From assembly GCA_902477075.1 (NCBI GenBank), contig CABSFU010000003.1, positions 34,277 to 98,276 of the forward strand: a stretch of 64,000 bases of DNA. The letters run 5' to 3'. Within the stretch, counting starts at the first letter, position 1. Each line of letters opens with the position of its first letter. The stretch is from an uncultured Bacillales bacterium. GTDB taxonomy: Bacteria; Bacillota_I; Bacilli_A; RF39; UBA660. Shown here one piece after another: positions 30,206 through 39,690 of the stretch. The position numbers were made by a program, and so were the translations under genes. The notes under the pieces were generated by a model. It was not told where the DNA came from. It worked only from the letters and a program-made list of their open reading frames with translations, and searched no databases.

Positions 30206-30508
30206 ATGAAAAGATTTAATATGATAAATGAAAACTTTATTTGTGAAAATTGTGGAAAAGAAATTAAAAAAGCAGCCAAAACAGCACGTGATCACTGTAA
30301 TTATTGTTTATATTCTAAACATGTAGATATTAATCCCGGTGATAGAATGAATGATTGTAAAGGTTTATTAAAACCAATTGGAATAGAAAAATTTAAAAAT
30401 ACTTATAAAATTATTTATAAATGTGAAAAATGTGGAAATGTTCATAAAAATATCATAGCAGATGATGATGATATGGATTTAATTATTAAATTATCTGTGG
30501 AAAAGTAG
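30206..30508 (+). CDS. RNHCP-domain zinc-ribbon protein
   Basis: FICENCGKE...ARDHCNYCLYSKHVD...GDRMNDCKG...CEKCG. Confidence 0.65.
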   Translation: MKRFNMINENFICENCGKEIKKAAKTARDHCNYCLYSKHVDINPGDRMNDCKGLLKPIGIEKFKNTYKIIYKCEKCGNVHKNIIADDDDMDLIIKLSVEK

Positions 30509-30595
30509 ATAATTATCTTATTTTTGGGTAAATGCTGGACACCTTTCGTTACAGAATGAATATGTTATATTGAAAGTAAAGAAGGGGTGGATTAT

Positions 30596-31018
30596 ATGTG
30601 TAATAATACCGATGGAAAATGCATTGCTGAAATACTTACTGTTATTTGTATCCTTCAACAAAACGCTAACTGCTGTGGCGACAATTGTTTGGACACCTGT
30701 GATCGTGGATTTTTAGGATGTAATGTTACAAGTCTAAGTTGCAATACTAGACCAGTTATGATTTACACTTGTAGTGGTGGTAATACTGCCTTAGCAATGC
30801 CAATCAGTAAAGATCCTAGTGAAACAACTACATCTAATGTTTTCAGAATTGAAAAAATTGATGAAAATTGCGCTACTTTTAGAGTATTAGCACCTAATAC
30901 AGATGAAGCAGAAGCTACAACAATTCCTTATGTAGCAACTAATTCTTTTTTCACAATCAATTTAAATTGTGTATGTATCATTAGATGTTTAAACGATACA
31001 ATTGTTGAATGTATATAA
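30596..31018 (+). CDS. CotY/CotZ-like cysteine-rich spore coat/exosporium protein
   Basis: Cys-rich N-terminus; VFRIEKIDENCATFRVLAPN resembles the CotZ/CotY core. ATG at 30596 follows GAAGGGGTGG. Confidence 0.55.
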   Translation: MCNNTDGKCIAEILTVICILQQNANCCGDNCLDTCDRGFLGCNVTSLSCNTRPVMIYTCSGGNTALAMPISKDPSETTTSNVFRIEKIDENCATFRVLAPNTDEAEATTIPYVATNSFFTINLNCVCIIRCLNDTIVECI

Positions 31019-31037
31019 AAAAGGCAAAATTGCCTTT

Positions 31038-31364
31038 TTATTTTGGTTCGTTAAATTGGATATCTACAATATCTTGAATAGGAATTAATTCATTTTCAAG
31101 TGTCAATAAATGTGTTTGTGTTTTCCCCACTATTTTCTTTGTTATCGTTTTATCTTTTAATGTAATTTTAACATCTGCTTTATAGACATATCTAGGAGAA
31201 TCAAAAATTTCTTTTATCTTTTCCAAAACATTTTTTTCTGATGAAATAGGCTTACGTTCTTCTACTACTTCTCTTTCTTCATTTTTTGTAACTGCTACTT
31301 TTTCATTATTATTTAGTGGTTTATTAATTTTGTTAGCAAATAAACCTGGTAATTCTTTTTTCAT
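31038..31364 (-). CDS. Hypothetical protein
   Basis: 108-aa ORF. No motif recognised. Confidence 0.45.
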   Translation of the reverse strand: MKKELPGLFANKINKPLNNNEKVAVTKNEEREVVEERKPISSEKNVLEKIKEIFDSPRYVYKADVKITLKDKTITKKIVGKTQTHLLTLENELIPIQDIVDIQFNEPK

Positions 31365-31402
31365 ATCACACCTCTAATAAAAAGTATGTTTTTTTTCTTT
31401 TT

Positions 31403-32197
31403 TTATGATAGTTTTTCTAGCTTTGATGAAAGAAAAAAGCCTAAAATCCATAATAAAAAAGAAAGTGGTATTTCATATATTTGCATATGTAGTACTAAGG
31501 GCTTTAATAAAGTAAAAAGTGATGTAACAGTAAAACCCAAAATAACCATTTGCATAGTCTCATGATGTTTTTTGAATAAATAATGAACGAGTATACTTGT
31601 CAAAATAATACCGGTAAAACTTCCTAATCCAAATATAAAAGCAAACAAATATAATTGATGTATATTGGAAAACAATTTCATAACAAAAGAATAGCAATTT
31701 AACATCATAAACAAAGCCGTTCCACTAACACCTGGAATAATCATGGTAACAGCATCTAACATTCCAATTAAAAAAACAAATAAAAAATCTAATAAATTTT
31801 TTTCTGGAAAAAATGTTTTTTCAAATTGAAATTGATAAATAAAAATAACTAATAAAATGGAGATGAAAAAGTAAAGATAATTTTTTTTGGTATTTTTCTT
31901 TATCTCATTTATAGAAGATGGAATATTTCCCATCATAAGTCCAATAAACAAAAACATCGTGTATCCATAATATCTGTCCAAGCAAAAAACAATTAAATTA
32001 CTAAATCCAATAATAGAAATTAAAAGTCCTAAAGCTAATTGTCCTAAATAAAAAATGTTATCTTTAAAATTCTTTTTCATCGTTACAATTGCTTCAATTG
32101 CTTTTTCATAAACTCCTAAACTAATCGCTATTAAACTTCCACTAACACCTGGAATAATTTTTCCTATTCCAATAAAAAATCCTTTTATTATCAGCAT
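31403..32197 (-). CDS. DUF368-family membrane protein (family recently linked to undecaprenyl-phosphate translocation)
   Basis: Duplicated IIPGVSGS / IIPGVSGT motifs in a polytopic membrane protein. Confidence 0.75.
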   Translation of the reverse strand: MLIIKGFFIGIGKIIPGVSGSLIAISLGVYEKAIEAIVTMKKNFKDNIFYLGQLALGLLISIIGFSNLIVFCLDRYYGYTMFLFIGLMMGNIPSSINEIKKNTKKNYLYFFISILLVIFIYQFQFEKTFFPEKNLLDFLFVFLIGMLDAVTMIIPGVSGTALFMMLNCYSFVMKLFSNIHQLYLFAFIFGLGSFTGIILTSILVHYLFKKHHETMQMVILGFTVTSLFTLLKPLVLHMQIYEIPLSFLLWILGFFLSSKLEKLS

Positions 32198-32286
32198 ATT
32201 ATCCCCTAATAATCTTATGCTTTTCCTTTAAATGATTGTACATTTATATTTTTTTTGTTATAATAGACGTAGTTTGGAGGATTCAT

Positions 32287-33378
32287 ATGAACTTTAAAAA
32301 TAATAAAAAATTATATTTATATTTTGGAACAGGAATTGCCATTATGGTTGGTATCCTAATTGTTATATTTATTGTTAGTTTACTAGTAGGTGGAAAAATG
32401 TCTTTTGATGCTGCTGAAAACAAAATCAGTAAAGTTGCTTTAAGCTATGCTTTAGATAGAGTTGATATTTTACCTGCAAAAGATGAAGAAACTACAATAT
32501 CGTATCAAGAATTAGTAGATGCCAAGAAAATAAAACCATTAAATGATATTTTAAAAGAGGCATCTGCCACTTGTGAAGTCACAATTAAAATTAAAAATAA
32601 CAACGACCATTATACAGCTATTACTTCTTTAGATTGTGGAGACAAATACCAATCCAAGAATCTAAGAAATACTATTTTAAATGATAATACAATTGTTAAT
32701 TCTTCTTATGGTTTATATAAAATGAACAATGAATATGTTTTTAGAGGAGAAAAAGTCAATAATTATGTTAAATTTAATAATAAATTATGGAGAATTATTA
32801 AAATAACGGCAGACGGGGATATTCGATTAATTGAAACAGCTAGAAATGACACTTATGTATGGGATGATCGTTATAACTCAGAAAGACAAACCTCTACAGG
32901 AATTAATGATTATAGAGTCAGTAGAATGCGTGATACTTTAACTGAAATTTATGATTCTGAATTTAGTGACAGTATGAAATCATATATAGCTAAGCAAAAT
33001 GTTTGTTTGGGCAAAAGAGATAGTGATAGCTTTGATGTTACTGGTAAAACAGAATGTTCTGATGTTTTAGATAATCAATATATTTCCCTTTTACAAGCTT
33101 ATGAGTTCAATTTAGCAAGTATTGATTCTAATTGTACTTATCTAACTGCAAATGAATGTACAAATTATAATTATATGGCTACTTTTAATAAAACTTTTTG
33201 GACTATCACAGCAGATACTTATAAATCAGATAAAGTTTATAAAATTTCTTCTTCTGTTATTTCATCTACTACATCTAGTTTAAGTGTAATTAAAATTGTT
33301 ATTCATTTAGATGGTGATGCATTAGTAACAAGTGGTGATGGAACAGAAGCAAATCCTTATCAAATAAAAACGGCTTAA
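32287..33378 (+). CDS. Membrane-anchored extracellular protein; paralogue of the C-terminal extension of the gpmI ORF
   Basis: N-terminal TM. GLYKMNNEYVFRGEKVNNYVKFNNKLWRIIKITADGDIRLI aligns by eye with GLYYQNKEYIYKGQVENNYVNYSGFLFRIVKINEDNSIKLV. The C-terminal GDGTEANPYQI matches GNGTKEDPYQI. ATG at 32287 follows GGAGGA. Confidence 0.6.
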   Translation: MNFKNNKKLYLYFGTGIAIMVGILIVIFIVSLLVGGKMSFDAAENKISKVALSYALDRVDILPAKDEETTISYQELVDAKKIKPLNDILKEASATCEVTIKIKNNNDHYTAITSLDCGDKYQSKNLRNTILNDNTIVNSSYGLYKMNNEYVFRGEKVNNYVKFNNKLWRIIKITADGDIRLIETARNDTYVWDDRYNSERQTSTGINDYRVSRMRDTLTEIYDSEFSDSMKSYIAKQNVCLGKRDSDSFDVTGKTECSDVLDNQYISLLQAYEFNLASIDSNCTYLTANECTNYNYMATFNKTFWTITADTYKSDKVYKISSSVISSTTSSLSVIKIVIHLDGDALVTSGDGTEANPYQIKTA

Positions 33379-33857
33379 TTAGCCGTTTTTGCATGAACAA
33401 TTAATCTTTTTTCTTGATTAATACATGTAATTAAAGTTAAACCATTATTTTGATATACAGATAAGTTTTTACTATCTGTTATATAATAATCATCTACGTA
33501 ATATGTAATACTATCATTATTTCTATAAATAATGATTTTTTCATTTATAGAAATATGATATAAACATTGAAATACTGCCGGAATAGCATGACCTGCTAAA
33601 ATTAAGTGATCTTTTGTTGAATATTTACTAATTCCCACTAAATTTTGATTTAACTCTTTCTCAGTAGCTCCATAAACTAGAGGAAGTTTCAAAGTATCTA
33701 TCTCAATATAGCCTATATAATATTCCGGAATTTGTTCTTGAAAATGCATTTGGTTTATAATCCTATCATTTTTTCTTATTTGATTATATGACGTTAAAAT
33801 TAAAGAAAAAATTCCACACATTCCTATCAAGAAAAATAAATAACTAAATTTTTTCAT
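33375..33857 (-). CDS. Sortase-family transpeptidase
   Basis: N-terminal TM, LAGH His motif, TLITC Cys motif and a downstream Arg. It overlaps the adhesin stop by 14 nt. Confidence 0.8.
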   Translation of the reverse strand: MKKFSYLFFLIGMCGIFSLILTSYNQIRKNDRIINQMHFQEQIPEYYIGYIEIDTLKLPLVYGATEKELNQNLVGISKYSTKDHLILAGHAIPAVFQCLYHISINEKIIIYRNNDSITYYVDDYYITDSKNLSVYQNNGLTLITCINQEKRLIVHAKTAN

Positions 33858-36084
33858 ATTTATGGAGTAATAGTCCTATTAACATTAAACCAACAAATAA
33901 TCTATAATATTTTTGTAAATAATTACTTGTATTTGGTAATTCTTCCGATTCTAATATTTCATTATTTGAACCGTTTTTTTCTTTTTTGTGATAGTTTGTT
34001 GATATTTCTTCCTTTTGAATTACATCATTTTCTAAATGATCTTCTTTTTTACTATTATTTTTTAATTCTTCGTCTATTTCTTCTTTTTTATTTTCATTAT
34101 CCTTTTCTGTATCTTTATTGCCTTCTTCTTTGGAAACATCTTCTATTCTATTTTCTTCATTACTTTTTAATATAATTTCTAAATAAGTTGTTTTATTCGG
34201 TAAAATAGTAACAGGATATTCCTTGTCATAAATTACTGTGTAATTTCCTACTTTTAAACTTTCTAAGATAAGATTATTTTCTATAGCATAATCGTACTCT
34301 TTATCATATAAAAATTTTAGAGTATTTAACATATTTCCTTTACGATTTTTTATAGTAATGCTTAAATTTCCTCTCTTTAGTTTTTTTATATAATTTAAAT
34401 AAATTTCTGTTTTATCTTGATTAAATTCAATCAATTGATTTGGAATTTCTTCATAATCTATATCTTTTCTTATTTCTCTTAGACTATACTTTCCATATGG
34501 TAATCCTATTCGCTCATGAATCATTCCATCTTCATTGCTTGTTAGTATTCTAATCAAAGTACCCTCTGTATAAACAAGATCATTTAAATAATAAATATCT
34601 TCACTAGCATATAATTCATATTGGCAATTATTATATGGAATATAATTACCATCTAATAATTCTATTTTGGTATTAATGTTAAAATATTGATTTAACATTG
34701 GTGTAACTAAATGTAATTCTTCATAATAAATATCTGTGATAGAATCTTTATAACCAAAGGAAATAAATTGTTTTGGTAAAGTTGGAATATTATAAGAGTT
34801 AACTCCTTCTACAATATAATAACTTCCTAATGGTAAATCTATATCTAATTGACCATTTTGAATTTTTCTTATATCTACTAATTCATCTTTTTTATATATC
34901 ATTTTAAAATGTACATCATAAATATCAGAAGAAGCGTAAATTTTATATTCAATGTCATTTAATAATATTGCACTATTATTGGTATGGATAGCGGTTCTAT
35001 ATAATGTTAAATGACCTTGGGGTACTTCTAAATTATGAATCCATTCATATTCATATTTGCTATTTACTTTTAAATTTTCATCTAATGTAATTTTATTACT
35101 CATTAATGGAGCTATATAACCATTGGGAATTTCTACATATGATATTTCATAAGTACCTAGTTCTAATTTAAAATCAGAGTGAAAATCACCAAAATAATTA
35201 CTTTCGTAGATTTTACCATTTTCAATAAATTGAGAAGTATTACAATTATATATTTTAAATTTTACTTTTCCAAAAATTGATTGATTGTTTTCTAGAAATT
35301 GAATATTTAAATAATAACTAACTCCTTCTGTTTTTAAATGAACAACTGTTGTTTTTTCCTCATCTAGAGAAGCTGTAAGTAAATTTTGACCATTACCAAC
35401 ATATATATGAGAAGATGAGCCTGATACGGTTTTGGAATTCAATACCAACTCGGTAGAATTTTCATCTAAAAATTTAATACTTAATCCATTTTCTTTTTTT
35501 GAAATTTTATTTTTACTATAATTGGATAATTGATAATAATTTATTACATTGTTTTCATCCCTTAAATAAACATCATCATATAGTTGGGCAATTACTGTAG
35601 TATCTGAAAAACTTGGTAATAAGTTATGACTGGATACTTTTTTTAAAATTTCTTCTTTATATGTTTCCACATTAATTCTTTCTCCTTCAAAAGAATCTGA
35701 CGTAGTAAAATAATAATCCCCTTCTCCTTTTATTCTCCATATAAGTTCTTGCGTGGCCATGTAATAATATGGATTTGAAGGATGTGTTCCGGCTCCATAA
35801 TGAATAATTAAAGAAATCTGTCTCTTTTCTTCTTCAGTATAAAGAGTTGAATAAAGTTCGTCTTGTGTAGAATATTCATTACCTATTATTCTAAATGGAT
35901 CGATACAAAAAGCTATCTGACCATTTATATAAATATAGCCCAATTTACCATTCATTTTTTGTTCTCCTAATACTCTATTAGAATATACATTTTCCATGTA
36001 TATAACTTTTGGAGTAATAGCAGATACATTTTTAATATTTACCAAAGATATAATTAAAATTGCAATTTTTATCATTCTCTTCAT
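33844..36084 (-). CDS. Sortase-anchored surface adhesin with a candidate thioester (TQxxIW) domain and repeated Cna-B/prealbumin-like domains
   Basis: Signal peptide. Cys60 lies in AFCIDP and Gln112 in MATQELIW. Repeated L(G/P)xGxYxxxE motifs are present. The C-terminus has LPNTS, a hydrophobic stretch and a basic tail. Confidence 0.75.
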   Translation of the reverse strand: MKRMIKIAILIISLVNIKNVSAITPKVIYMENVYSNRVLGEQKMNGKLGYIYINGQIAFCIDPFRIIGNEYSTQDELYSTLYTEEEKRQISLIIHYGAGTHPSNPYYYMATQELIWRIKGEGDYYFTTSDSFEGERINVETYKEEILKKVSSHNLLPSFSDTTVIAQLYDDVYLRDENNVINYYQLSNYSKNKISKKENGLSIKFLDENSTELVLNSKTVSGSSSHIYVGNGQNLLTASLDEEKTTVVHLKTEGVSYYLNIQFLENNQSIFGKVKFKIYNCNTSQFIENGKIYESNYFGDFHSDFKLELGTYEISYVEIPNGYIAPLMSNKITLDENLKVNSKYEYEWIHNLEVPQGHLTLYRTAIHTNNSAILLNDIEYKIYASSDIYDVHFKMIYKKDELVDIRKIQNGQLDIDLPLGSYYIVEGVNSYNIPTLPKQFISFGYKDSITDIYYEELHLVTPMLNQYFNINTKIELLDGNYIPYNNCQYELYASEDIYYLNDLVYTEGTLIRILTSNEDGMIHERIGLPYGKYSLREIRKDIDYEEIPNQLIEFNQDKTEIYLNYIKKLKRGNLSITIKNRKGNMLNTLKFLYDKEYDYAIENNLILESLKVGNYTVIYDKEYPVTILPNKTTYLEIILKSNEENRIEDVSKEEGNKDTEKDNENKKEEIDEELKNNSKKEDHLENDVIQKEEISTNYHKKEKNGSNNEILESEELPNTSNYLQKYYRLFVGLMLIGLLLHKYEKI

Positions 36085-36115
36085 TTTATCCCTCCTTTTT
36101 AAAATTGCAATTGTT

Positions 36116-36144
36116 AATATAATGAATTAATTGTTATTTTACAA
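36116..36144 (-). promoter_or_regulatory. Candidate sigma-A promoter of the adhesin gene
   Basis: TTGTAA (36144-36139), 17-nt spacer, TATATT (36121-36116), read on the minus strand. Confidence 0.3.
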
Positions 36145-36157
36145 ATGAATAAAAAGC

Positions 36158-36178
36158 TATTTTAGATAATCTAAAATA
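36158..36178. promoter_or_regulatory. Perfect 9-3-9 palindrome (possible regulator-binding site) just upstream of the adhesin -35
   Basis: TATTTTAGA taa TCTAAAATA. Confidence 0.35.
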
Positions 36179-36236
36179 AAAATTTGAATCAACTATTTTA
36201 ATAAATTAGTCAATCTAATTTTACCAAATAGAAAAA

Positions 36237-36258
36237 AATTGCATTTTATTGCAATTTT
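36237..36258 (-). terminator. Intrinsic terminator of the 36286-37008 gene
   Basis: On the minus strand, AAATTGCA ataaaa TGCAATTT is followed by a T-run. Confidence 0.5.
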
Positions 36259-36285
36259 TATGAATTTTAATTTTCACTTATAATT

Positions 36286-37008
36286 TTATTTTTGTGACAT
36301 AACCTTTTTTTGATGTTTTCTTTCTTTTTTTACTTTTCTTTTATATTTATCAATATATTTTTTTAAATCCATTGATGGTTTAACTGCAAAAATAAAGGAA
36401 TATTTTTCTTCTTGTTTTTTTTGAAACTCTTTAATTTGACATTTAAATTCTTCATATCTTACTTCTATATCATTATCCCTTGCATATTTTTTTATCTTTG
36501 ACAACATTTGAGTGGAATAAATAAAATCAATTATTAGAATTCCACAAAAAAATCCTAACACAAATGAAAAAGATAAGTTATTGTTAAACCAAATTAGTTT
36601 ACTCATTACAAAACCTGCTATGAAATAATAATATAAAGCACCTATTACTGTCCATATTAGTGAAAAGAGAGGACAAATAATTCCTTTATAATTGCCCCAT
36701 CTATCACTATAATCCCATAATTTAACTGGTTTATTTACAAATGTTAATCCTCCAATTAATTCAATTATCGTCATAGCTACTCCCATCAAAAGAATTACTA
36801 CAATAGCGGGCAAAGACAAATTATAAAAAAGCAAATATATGGCGGTTAATGCACATAATCCAAACCCATAAATTGGTAAGTATGGTCCAATTAATGCCCC
36901 TGGATTTACCCAAAATCCATGAACAATTCTACGGAAAAAAAGTTCTAATATCCAACCAATTGTACTACCAATATAGAATATAAAAATAAAGTCTAGAACT
37001 AAATTCAT
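36286..37008 (-). CDS. Polytopic membrane protein of the 'putative ABC-transporter type IV' (PF06541-like) family
   Basis: GSTIGWILELFFRRIVHG...NPGALIGPYLPIYGFG is the N-terminal signature as I recall it. Confidence 0.55.
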   Translation of the reverse strand: MNLVLDFIFIFYIGSTIGWILELFFRRIVHGFWVNPGALIGPYLPIYGFGLCALTAIYLLFYNLSLPAIVVILLMGVAMTIIELIGGLTFVNKPVKLWDYSDRWGNYKGIICPLFSLIWTVIGALYYYFIAGFVMSKLIWFNNNLSFSFVLGFFCGILIIDFIYSTQMLSKIKKYARDNDIEVRYEEFKCQIKEFQKKQEEKYSFIFAVKPSMDLKKYIDKYKRKVKKERKHQKKVMSQK

Positions 37009-37056
37009 ATCACTAACTCCTATTCTTTTTTATTATAGCACAAAAGTAGATATTTT

Positions 37057-37521
37057 TTACATATCTACTTGAGTTTTTCCCTTACATTCGTATAATTCAT
37101 CATATTCTAATTGAGAGTCTACCGCTTCTAAAAAAGCTAATTTTGCTTCTCCTGCTGCTATTATAGCTATTGATAAAGCATATCTAGCATATTCCAATTC
37201 ATCCTCAATATGCTTTTCTAATTTTTCTTTGTTTCTGTCTTCTTTTCGTAAGGATATTTTTTCCTTCATTTCCTTTAAATTATTTTTTATTTTTGAAATA
37301 TCTTTCTGTACATTTTCTTTTCCTTTTTGATTGATCTTTTTAATTTCTTTTTCTGCTTCATTTAAATTTTCTGCTGTTTTTTTTCTTTTTTCTTCTATAT
37401 CATCCTTCATATACATTCCTGAAATAATGACAGTATCTACAGAATCTTTTATTTTTTCATTTATTTTTTTTAACTCTTCATTTAATTCATCAATTTGACT
37501 TTTTCTTTCTTTATTGTTCAT
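37057..37521 (-). CDS. Coiled-coil K/E-rich hypothetical protein
   Basis: 154-aa ORF. No motif recognised. Confidence 0.45.
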   Translation of the reverse strand: MNNKERKSQIDELNEELKKINEKIKDSVDTVIISGMYMKDDIEEKRKKTAENLNEAEKEIKKINQKGKENVQKDISKIKNNLKEMKEKISLRKEDRNKEKLEKHIEDELEYARYALSIAIIAAGEAKLAFLEAVDSQLEYDELYECKGKTQVDM

Positions 37522-37670
37522 AAATATTTCCTTTCTAATTTTTATATATAATATTCAGATAAATTTATATTTTTATCTGTAATTTTATAATAAAATTATT
37601 TCATAAAATTTACCAATTCAAAAAAAAGAAATTGTTTTTTTTCAGACAATTTTCTTTTTTTGTTGTTTAT

Positions 37671-38444
37671 TTAAGATAATTTCACAATATTTAAATACGC
37701 ATTAGTACCTGTAGATGGTGAAACTTCAGTTGCTACATTAGATTCTAGCCCTAAATTAATTTTATCATTAGCAGTTAAATTAACAATAACACTTCCATTA
37801 AAACTTTCATCTGCATTCGCTTCTACTTCTTTAATAATTGTTGAACTGCTGATTGGATTTGTATTTTGAATTACTTCAAATGTTAAAGTAGATTTCACAT
37901 TCGGTGAACCTTGAAAATAATAATCAATTTTATATACGCCAGTCTCCGTTATTGTCAATGCATTTGTTGTTTCACCTGTCATACCAGTAAGTGGACCACT
38001 ACTATTTAATGGGATTGTTGAAAATACATTTTCTGTTAATGTAATATTGTTCCCACCACTATCGTATTTACTACCATATGCACTGATTTGAGTAGTTCCG
38101 GCTGGACCTGCTGGGCCTGCTGGACCTGCTGGACCAGTTTCTCCTGTTAATCCTTGTATACCTTGAGGACCCTGTGGTCCAATTGGGCCAGTTGGACCTT
38201 GTGGACCGGTTGGACCTGTCATACCTGCCGGAATTGTGAAATTCAAAATGGCATTTTCATTAGTACCTACATTGGTGACAGAAGCATTAGTTCCTGGATT
38301 TCCAGTAGTTGTTTGTCCTACTGTAATGGTAGCTGGACCAGTTGGTCCTTGTGGACCGGTTGGCCCAATTACCACTAATTTTTCTTTACATTTTTTTCCT
38401 TCCTCTAAAATACATTGGATTTTCTTAGAATATTTGTTATTCAT
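37671..38444 (-). CDS. Collagen-like triple-helix repeat protein (BclA-type)
   Basis: A short GXY run ([11 protein letters not shown], about 38331-38369). A long run ([43 protein letters not shown], about 38098-38231). A beta-rich C-terminal domain. Confidence 0.85.
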   Translation of the reverse strand: MNNKYSKKIQCILEEGKKCKEKLVVIGPTGPQGPTGPATITVGQTTTGNPGTNASVTNVGTNENAILNFTIPAGMTGPTGPQGPTGPIGPQGPQGIQGLTGETGPAGPAGPAGPAGTTQISAYGSKYDSGGNNITLTENVFSTIPLNSSGPLTGMTGETTNALTITETGVYKIDYYFQGSPNVKSTLTFEVIQNTNPISSSTIIKEVEANADESFNGSVIVNLTANDKINLGLESNVATEVSPSTGTNAYLNIVKLS

Positions 38445-38465
38445 TTATAGCTCTCCTTTCATTAT

Positions 38466-38474
38466 TATTGTATG
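38466..38474 (-). promoter_or_regulatory. CATAnnnTA element (sigma-K-type -10-like) upstream of the collagen-like gene
   Basis: CATACAATA lies 21 nt upstream of the ATG. It could equally be read as a sigma-A TACAAT. Confidence 0.2.
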
Positions 38475-38871
38475 AACTTTTTTTTATTTGCACATTATCA
38501 TTGACTATCGTTTTTTATTGTTTGTTAAAATAATGTATGAAGGGATGATGGCAGTAATATAAGAGGAAAAAATATAAATCATGATTGACTAGTATTACTT
38601 TTTAGTATGTTAAAACAATGGTTAACTATCTTTTCAGATATCCTATTTTACGTAAGAAATTGTTATAAAAAGTTAATTAAACCTGTAAGAGCTTATCAAC
38701 TTGGAAGCGTGACTTTAGTAGTACCTCTTCTTACATTAACTGCTATTTTAAATACTATTTATGAATACTTTATGAATCACAATAAAAATAAATTTATTCA
38801 AAAATAATAGCTTCTATTTTGATTGTTATTAGCGTACTCATGATTAAAATTTAAATTTTGAATGATTATTT

Positions 38872-38896
38872 AAAACACTCTTTACAGAGTGTTTTT
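38872..38896. terminator. Hairpin terminator downstream of the 38908-39609 gene
   Basis: AAAACACTCT ttac AGAGTGTTTT, a perfect 10-bp stem. Confidence 0.5.
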
Positions 38897-38907
38897 CGAT
38901 ATGTATC

Positions 38908-39609
38908 TTATTTTTCTAAAAGAATGACTTGCCTATCATTTAAATTAAGCAAAGAAAAATTTTTTCTTTCTGTACTCATTAATCTAGATAATGTCACTAA
39001 TCTATTATGAGTAAAGCATTGGTTTAATACAATTGAAATTTCGCTATCCTTCACAAATGCCTCTTCTTCTAGATAATATGGATCAAATATATAGGCAAAA
39101 TACTCATCTACTTTTGTAATGAGTACATAATGTTCATCCCCCAGTAAAAAACATCTAGCAACCGCTACACCACCATGATCTGTAACTTGTTTTATTTTTA
39201 AAATATCAACATCTTTTTCCTTTAATGTTGTACATTTTAAGTCAAAGGTTTTATTATTAGCATAATTTTGAAAATATTTTGATAATTTTTCAGCATGTTC
39301 TCTAGAAGTTCCACCTTTTCCTTTTATTCCTTCTTCATTCTCTACATCTAAAGTATATCTGTAAATTGCTTTTAATAATTCAACTGGAATATCTTCTCTA
39401 TCATATAAATAAGCAAGAGCATTTACAAAAGAAGTTGTTCCACAATCATATTCCGTATTTTGAAATCTTAATGGTACTTTCATATTATCCTCCATATCTC
39501 TTTTATTTTTTTCGGTGTAGTACTGAAACACACTCCACATGATAAGTACTATGGTTATGACTAGTAGAATTTTAAAATGTATATTGGTCATGCCTATTAT
39601 ATATACCAC
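38908..39609 (-). CDS. Membrane-anchored papain-fold peptidase-like protein (C39-like)
   Basis: N-terminal TM. QNTEYDCGTTSFVNALAYL (Q...C) and a distal GDEHYVLI (His) fit the C39/C39_2 pattern. No ABC transporter is attached. Confidence 0.5.
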   Translation of the reverse strand: MVYIIGMTNIHFKILLVITIVLIMWSVFQYYTEKNKRDMEDNMKVPLRFQNTEYDCGTTSFVNALAYLYDREDIPVELLKAIYRYTLDVENEEGIKGKGGTSREHAEKLSKYFQNYANNKTFDLKCTTLKEKDVDILKIKQVTDHGGVAVARCFLLGDEHYVLITKVDEYFAYIFDPYYLEEEAFVKDSEISIVLNQCFTHNRLVTLSRLMSTERKNFSLLNLNDRQVILLEK

Positions 39610-39690
39610 ATTCTCTCAATATAGACTAGTATAATAACTAAATTATTTTTTATTCTGTCATAACATTTATATTACAACACTTTTCTTCTT

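Larger units (their letters stand above)
36059..36261. repeat. Exact 14-nt direct repeat ATTGCAATTTTTAT (36059-36072 and 36248-36261) bracketing the adhesin start and promoter
   Basis: Both copies were read letter by letter. The core ATTGCAAT is itself palindromic. A third partial copy, AAAATTGCAATTG, lies at 36101-36113. Confidence 0.6.

Noticed and set aside
38154-38475. Plus-strand ORFs 38154-38378 and 38236-38475
   Set aside because: They are antisense to the GXY-repeat region of the collagen-like gene. GGN/CCN periodicity keeps the opposite frames open.
38607-38807. 66-aa plus-strand ORF in the long spacer upstream of the collagen-like gene
   Set aside because: It has no RBS, only a poor promoter match, and no recognisable motif. 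It cannot be excluded as a small membrane protein but is not supportable.
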